Of a stretch of 64,000 nucleotides of DNA, positions 59,453-64,000 are shown one piece after another. Where the stretch lies: assembly GCA_022709695.1 (NCBI GenBank), contig JAKLII010000011.1, positions 41,620-105,619 of the forward strand. The letters run 5' to 3'. Made by a program: the position numbers and the translations under genes. The notes under the pieces were generated by a model. The model was not told where the DNA came from. It did not search any database and saw only the letters and a list, made by a program, of their open reading frames with translations. Numbering within the stretch: position 1 is the stretch's first letter; every line of letters starts with the position of its first letter. This DNA comes from Bacteroidota bacterium. Lineage in GTDB: Bacteria; Bacteroidota; Bacteroidia; Bacteroidales; SKPS01.

Positions 59453-62400
59453 TTATAATCCTGGGTTTTGGGTGTCCGGCTCTTCTATCTTCAGTTCAAT
59501 TTCCTCTTCAGCCTTTTTCTGCTCCATCAGTTTTTCCTGTTCGGCAATGGACTTCAGGCGGGCTTTGGCATCATTCACAAGATCTTCCCCTTCGTAGTTG
59601 TCGATGATGCTTTGCAGGGTATGCTTGGCCTGGAAGGTATTGTCCGTTTTTACATAGATGTCGGCGAGCAGGATAAAGGCTCTGGCGATCCAGTAGTCGT
59701 AGGAGGAGAAGTCGTTGATCAGCTCAAAGATCTCCTTCTCGGCAGTTTCATAATTCTGCATTTCAAAATGGATCAGGGCAATCTGGTATTTCGCTTCGGC
59801 AGCCATCTCATTTCGGGTCCTTTTCAGTACGGTTTCGAAGCAGTTCAGTGCTTCAATCATACTGTCAACGGCCATGAGGGACTTCCCCTGGATGAGCCAG
59901 GCTTCGGTGGTAACCTCCTCGGTATGCTGTTTCTCTTTGATGATGCGTGCGGTGATGGCAGCCGCTCTGGCATGTTTGCCCTGCTGGTGGTAGCAGCGCA
60001 TCTGTCCGATACGGGCCTGCTGCAGGTAATTCGGGTTTTCGGCATTCTGTTCCAGCCTCACGTAGTTTTCCAGAGCCCCCTGACAATTGTTGTTCATCAG
60101 ATGGATGGAGGCCGCTCTGAGGAGGGCAATTTCGGTGAACTTGGTGCGGTGCTGGCTGGTAACGAAGTTGTAATCCTCAAGCGCTGTATTATAATTTTTG
60201 GCAGCCAGCTCAATCTCGGCACGGTAAAACCGGGCGTCGATGACAAACACCCCTTCGGGGAACTGTTTGATGTAATTGTTGAATGCGGGCAGGGCCTTTT
60301 CATTGTTGCCATCGAGGTAATATCTTTCGGCCGGCCGGTAGGCGAGGGTGTCTTTCTCGGTATCGGTTACGGAATAAGAGGTCCCCTTTACGTATTCATA
60401 GAAGATGTCGACCTGGTCGTTTTCGGTGTAGATATCCCTGATCAGCAGCAGGGCTTCCTTCGATTCCGGGGTGCCACGGTACTCCTTGAATACCCGGTCG
60501 AGGTTTTTCAGGGCCAGCTCCTCTTTCCCCATGTTGTTGTAAATCTGTCCTATTTTCAGCAGCACCTCCCGTTCGTAACTGCTTTTCGGATATTCGGAAA
60601 GGAGCCGGTTGTATGCTTCCAGCCCTTTCGGCAGGTTATCCAGGATCACATAGGTATTGCCGAGCTCATACAGGGCATCATCGCGGTAGGGGGAACTCTT
60701 GTGCTGCCCCGCAAACGATTCGAGCAATGAGGCTTTTTGCTGGAATTTCCCCATGGCGCCAAAGGAGAGGGCTTCCTGGTAGGCCGGATAGTCGCTGCTG
60801 GCTCCCTTGATTTCACCGGCCTGCTGATAGAAGGCCGAAGCATTGGTGAAATCCTTCTTCATGAAATAGCAGTCGGCAGCCCGCATGGTCGCATCCTGCA
60901 CGATATCAGGCCTGTTCCCCTCTGGTTTAATCAGGAAGCGCCTAAAGGCAATCAGGGCGGCATCATACTCTTTCACCTTGAAGTGGGTGTATCCGATGCT
61001 GTAATTGGCCATATTGAATTCCGGCATGTCGAAAGCCCCAGGAGCTGCCTGGAAGCGGTTGAAATAATCGCGGGCATTTTCCCACGATTCCAGGCGGTAC
61101 CATGCCTCGCCCATCCAGTACAGGGTCAGGGCGGTAATATTTTTATTGATGCGGTAGTCGAGGGATTTGGTAAAGATGTCGATCGCATCCGCATAGTTGT
61201 TGTCGTTGAAGAGCTCAACCCCGCGCAGCCAGGTGATTTTCTGGTATGCCTCCTTCATCTTCGGGTTACTGTCCCTGATCTTTTCCACGGAAGCGAGGGC
61301 GCTCTTGTAGTTCCTCGTGGAGAGGTACAGGTTCACCAGCATCGACTGGGCTTCCGGCACTTTAGGGCTGGAGGGGTAATCCCCGAGAAACTGTTCAAAG
61401 GCTTTGATGGCCTGGTTATAAGGGTTGATGGCCAGATCGTACGAGAGCTTGGCGTAATTGAACAGGGCATCTTCGGTTACTTTGGGATCGAGCCCGATCT
61501 TGTATGCCTCATAAAAGGCGTTCATGGCAAAGCGCTTCTCCTGCGTCTGGATGTAGCAGTCGGCCAGGTGGTAGAAGGCGTTTTGCGCCAGGGTGTCTTT
61601 GGCTGTGGCCGCTTTCTGGAACATCTCCCCGGCGCTTGCAAAATCTTCTGTTTTATAATACACATAGCCGATCTGGTAGGCATCGGTCCGGTCGATGTTC
61701 CCCTGGTTCTCCTTCAGGTAAATTTCGATGTATCCCAGCGCCTCTTCGTAGCGGTTGAGCTTGTAGTAGGCGTCTGCCATCAGGCGGGCGATGGTGCCCA
61801 GCCGTTTGGTGGTTTTGCGGTCGATGAGCGGGGTGATCTTCGCCGGCATCTCGGCATAGCGTTTCTGGGCGTAGAGGATCTGAGCCATGTAATAGGGGAT
61901 CAGGGGTTTGAAGTCGGGGTGCTCCCTGATCGCCTCAAAATGTTTCAGAGCTTCATTGTAGTCCCCGTCGAGATAGCACACGTGGGCATAGTAATAGGTG
62001 GCATAGCTCTTAAACTTCGAATCCCGCTCCTTGAGCACCTTAAAGGCCTGTTTTGCCTGATCGTATTTCCCTGTTTCGAACCACGAATAGCCTGCAGCAA
62101 AGTAGTACTCGTCCTGTTGTTTCTGCGAGAGGATGGCCGGGTTCACCCGTGTAAATGCCTCGGAGGCTTTTTTGTACGATTTCCGGTCGTAATACATCTT
62201 CCCCAGGTGGTACCAGGCGGCGGGTACCCGGGCATGTCCGGGCTGACTTTCGATAAAGGAGATCAGTCGGTCTTCGGCATCGGGATGTTTAAGCTCAAAG
62301 GCAGATGCACCGGCGTAGTATTCGGCGTCGGCACGCAGCAGCGACTGGCGGTCGGGGATCTGGTCTATCACCTGCACAAACAGCTCCTTGGCGGCTGCAT

Positions 62401-62569
62401 ATTTCTGTTTCTCAAAGAGCTCGACCCCAAGCCTGAAAGTATTGGCGGGATCGTCGTAGAACAGGGTGCGCTGGGCGGCCAGCGGACTTGCGGCCAGGGC
62501 CGTCAGGCACCACAGGATCAGGAGGTTCCTGATCAGAAGGGGTATAGGTTTCATGAGGCTGGATTTCAT
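59453..62569 (-). CDS. Large periplasmic tetratricopeptide-repeat protein
   Basis: Signal peptide and more than 20 TPR-like units (A.Y..G..Y...KY..A...F). Confidence 0.9.
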   Translation of the reverse strand: MKSSLMKPIPLLIRNLLILWCLTALAASPLAAQRTLFYDDPANTFRLGVELFEKQKYAAAKELFVQVIDQIPDRQSLLRADAEYYAGASAFELKHPDAEDRLISFIESQPGHARVPAAWYHLGKMYYDRKSYKKASEAFTRVNPAILSQKQQDEYYFAAGYSWFETGKYDQAKQAFKVLKERDSKFKSYATYYYAHVCYLDGDYNEALKHFEAIREHPDFKPLIPYYMAQILYAQKRYAEMPAKITPLIDRKTTKRLGTIARLMADAYYKLNRYEEALGYIEIYLKENQGNIDRTDAYQIGYVYYKTEDFASAGEMFQKAATAKDTLAQNAFYHLADCYIQTQEKRFAMNAFYEAYKIGLDPKVTEDALFNYAKLSYDLAINPYNQAIKAFEQFLGDYPSSPKVPEAQSMLVNLYLSTRNYKSALASVEKIRDSNPKMKEAYQKITWLRGVELFNDNNYADAIDIFTKSLDYRINKNITALTLYWMGEAWYRLESWENARDYFNRFQAAPGAFDMPEFNMANYSIGYTHFKVKEYDAALIAFRRFLIKPEGNRPDIVQDATMRAADCYFMKKDFTNASAFYQQAGEIKGASSDYPAYQEALSFGAMGKFQQKASLLESFAGQHKSSPYRDDALYELGNTYVILDNLPKGLEAYNRLLSEYPKSSYEREVLLKIGQIYNNMGKEELALKNLDRVFKEYRGTPESKEALLLIRDIYTENDQVDIFYEYVKGTSYSVTDTEKDTLAYRPAERYYLDGNNEKALPAFNNYIKQFPEGVFVIDARFYRAEIELAAKNYNTALEDYNFVTSQHRTKFTEIALLRAASIHLMNNNCQGALENYVRLEQNAENPNYLQQARIGQMRCYHQQGKHARAAAITARIIKEKQHTEEVTTEAWLIQGKSLMAVDSMIEALNCFETVLKRTRNEMAAEAKYQIALIHFEMQNYETAEKEIFELINDFSSYDYWIARAFILLADIYVKTDNTFQAKHTLQSIIDNYEGEDLVNDAKARLKSIAEQEKLMEQKKAEEEIELKIEEPDTQNPGL

Positions 62570-62703
62570 GGCTTTTTACATGTTACAGGACATTTTGCCC
62601 GTGCAGATACGTTCCGTCGGTATTAAACGGATAAAGTTAATCCGGATTGTACGATGCGGGATGCCCCGGTTCGCCGTTTTTTCAACACCGGATATTTAAC
62701 AAT

Positions 62704-62726
62704 AAAAAAGCCGGGACGAGCCCGGC
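62704..62726 (-). terminator. rnpB terminator
   Basis: GCCGGG-ctcgt-CCCGGC-TTTTTT on the minus strand. Confidence 0.8.
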
Positions 62727-62727
62727 A

Positions 62728-63106
62728 GCCTGTTGCTGTAAGCAGGATTCTGTTCCCCGCACATGCGGGGTTTCTGTCATTTCTCTGGGACCCGGATCAC
62801 TCCGGGCCTCAAGCAGCCTACCCACCGGAGTCGGACGAGCAGCCCTTATGCGGTGCCGAAGCAACGCAGTTCCGGTATATTTGGCCTTGCAACCCATAAG
62901 GTTTACCCGCCCCGGTGGTCACCCGCCGGGGCCGTGAGCTCTTACCTCACGTTTTCACCCTTACCCCACCGAAGTGTGGCGGTAATTTTCTGTGGCACTG
63001 GCTGTAACCCTGTTTCCGGGGCCCCTTCCCGTTAGGAAGTATGGTGCTCTGTGTTGTCCCGACTTTCCTCTGCCGGCTTTACGGCAGCGACAGAACGCAA
63101 CAAGCC
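62728..63106 (-). ncRNA. rnpB: RNase P RNA (bacterial type A)
   Basis: The minus strand has GAGGAAAGTC near the 5' end and AACAGAATCCTGCTTA near the 3' end. P1 pairs GCTTGTTGC with GCAACAGGC. Confidence 0.97.
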
Positions 63107-63110
63107 GTTG

Positions 63111-63118
63111 CAAAGATA
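63111..63118 (-). promoter_or_regulatory. -7 box for rnpB
   Basis: TATCTTTG(CA) directly upstream of P1. Confidence 0.75.
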
Positions 63119-63137
63119 CGACAATACGGCGGGGTTG

Positions 63138-64000
63138 TTACCTGAGTACGAACTTGCGGGTGTGGATTTTCCCGCCGGCGGTGGTGAGCTTCAGCACATA
63201 CACCCCTGCCGGCAGCGCCTGCACGTCGATTTGTCCCTGCATGGAGGCTGCACGGGATTGGATGATCTCCCGGCCCGAAAGGTCGAACAGCGTGAGCCCG
63301 GTGGGTTCCTGCTCACCTGCGAGGCTGTAATGGAGGGTATGGCTGCCATCGCCCCACACTGTGAACTGCCGGTCGTCCATGGGCAGCTCCACGCCAATGG
63401 ATCCGTAGTGGAGGGTGAGGCTGTCGATATGCATCTTGCTGCCCACCACAGCCACCTCATTTCCTACCGCCGAGCAGGAGATGATGATGTTCATCGAATC
63501 GGGGTTCTGGGCAGTGCTCCACTGGATGGGAACAGAAAACGGCTGCCATGTGGTGTCGGTGTCGGGGAACCATTTCAGCCCTGCACCGATGGTGTCGCGC
63601 GTGGTACCATTCCACTTCGAGAAGCCCAGGGCTACCATCCCGCTGTCGCCCGCGGCAGGCTCCGTTTTGATGAATCCACTCAGGGCCGATGGCATACCGG
63701 TGAAAGGGATGCCTCCTTCAACGGATCCGGTATAGGTGGTGGTATTCATTACCACGGTACCCAGGGTAAGGATGCCCGGGATGGTGGGCGTTGCCACCAG
63801 CAGGTTGAAAAGTTTCGTCTCGAGCAGCGGATTGTAGATTCCCGATTTGGGGGCCACAGAGTCTTTGAATACCGTTTGGATGATAAAAATTGAAACCTGA
63901 AAGTTGGTACCATCCCAGCTGGTGGGCTTGTTGCCGGTCCATTGTTCGAAATTGCTGTTGGGAAGCTGTGACTGTCCGAAGACCGTGGTCTGCATGCCTG
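63138..64000 (-). CDS. T9SS type A cargo with a PCMD-like (putative carbohydrate metabolism) domain; 5' end outside the window
   Basis: LPNSNFEQW...SWDGTN, GGIPFTGMPSALSG, and C-terminal LFDLSGREI...LPAGVYVLKL...TRKFVLR. The frame stays open to the window edge. Confidence 0.75.
   Translation of the reverse strand, partial: GMQTTVFGQSQLPNSNFEQWTGNKPTSWDGTNFQVSIFIIQTVFKDSVAPKSGIYNPLLETKLFNLLVATPTIPGILTLGTVVMNTTTYTGSVEGGIPFTGMPSALSGFIKTEPAAGDSGMVALGFSKWNGTTRDTIGAGLKWFPDTDTTWQPFSVPIQWSTAQNPDSMNIIISCSAVGNEVAVVGSKMHIDSLTLHYGSIGVELPMDDRQFTVWGDGSHTLHYSLAGEQEPTGLTLFDLSGREIIQSRAASMQGQIDVQALPAGVYVLKLTTAGGKIHTRKFVLR

Noticed and set aside
59468-62626. 420-aa and 629-aa plus-strand ORFs opposite the TPR gene
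   Set aside because: They are antisense shadows with no domain signatures. The same applies to those over dnaE (34943-37939) and valS (53879-55171).

Overview
This is a Bacteroidota chromosomal window, most likely Bacteroidales-like, based on TAnnTTTG -7 promoters, T9SS C-terminal domains and Bacteroidota-type gene order. About 45 kb is housekeeping: pyrE, birA, rsfS-ftsH-lutC-cdsA, rsmD, holA, coaD, an M16 peptidase, tex, rpsP-rimM, dnaE-trxA, sodA, ilvA, rubrerythrin, valS and rnpB. Three things stand out. (1) At 0-8.7 kb, a 2378-aa multi-domain surface protein has an internal cohesin-like domain and a C-terminal duplicated dockerin-like motif but no T9SS CTD, and is followed by a 470-aa T9SS cargo protein. 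This is a candidate cohesin-dockerin piggyback or scaffold system. (2) At 42.3-49.9 kb, a visibly AT-richer cluster holds four T9SS-CTD genes, of which only one is intact. A ~160-bp direct repeat brackets two of them, and one repeat edge coincides with the breakpoint of an orphan CTD. (3) A modular intergenic element occurs four times on the same strand (34159, 44518, 49825, 56816). It has an exchangeable ACCAC...GTGGT palindromic core, a constant arm, a 24-nt hairpin present in two copies and absent in two, and octamer tails. Four reading-frame lesions (two indels, two nonsense codons) fall between 42.9 and 52.9 kb. I found no transposase, integrase, tRNA, rRNA or CRISPR array. All family assignments come from motif recognition by eye; no searches were run.
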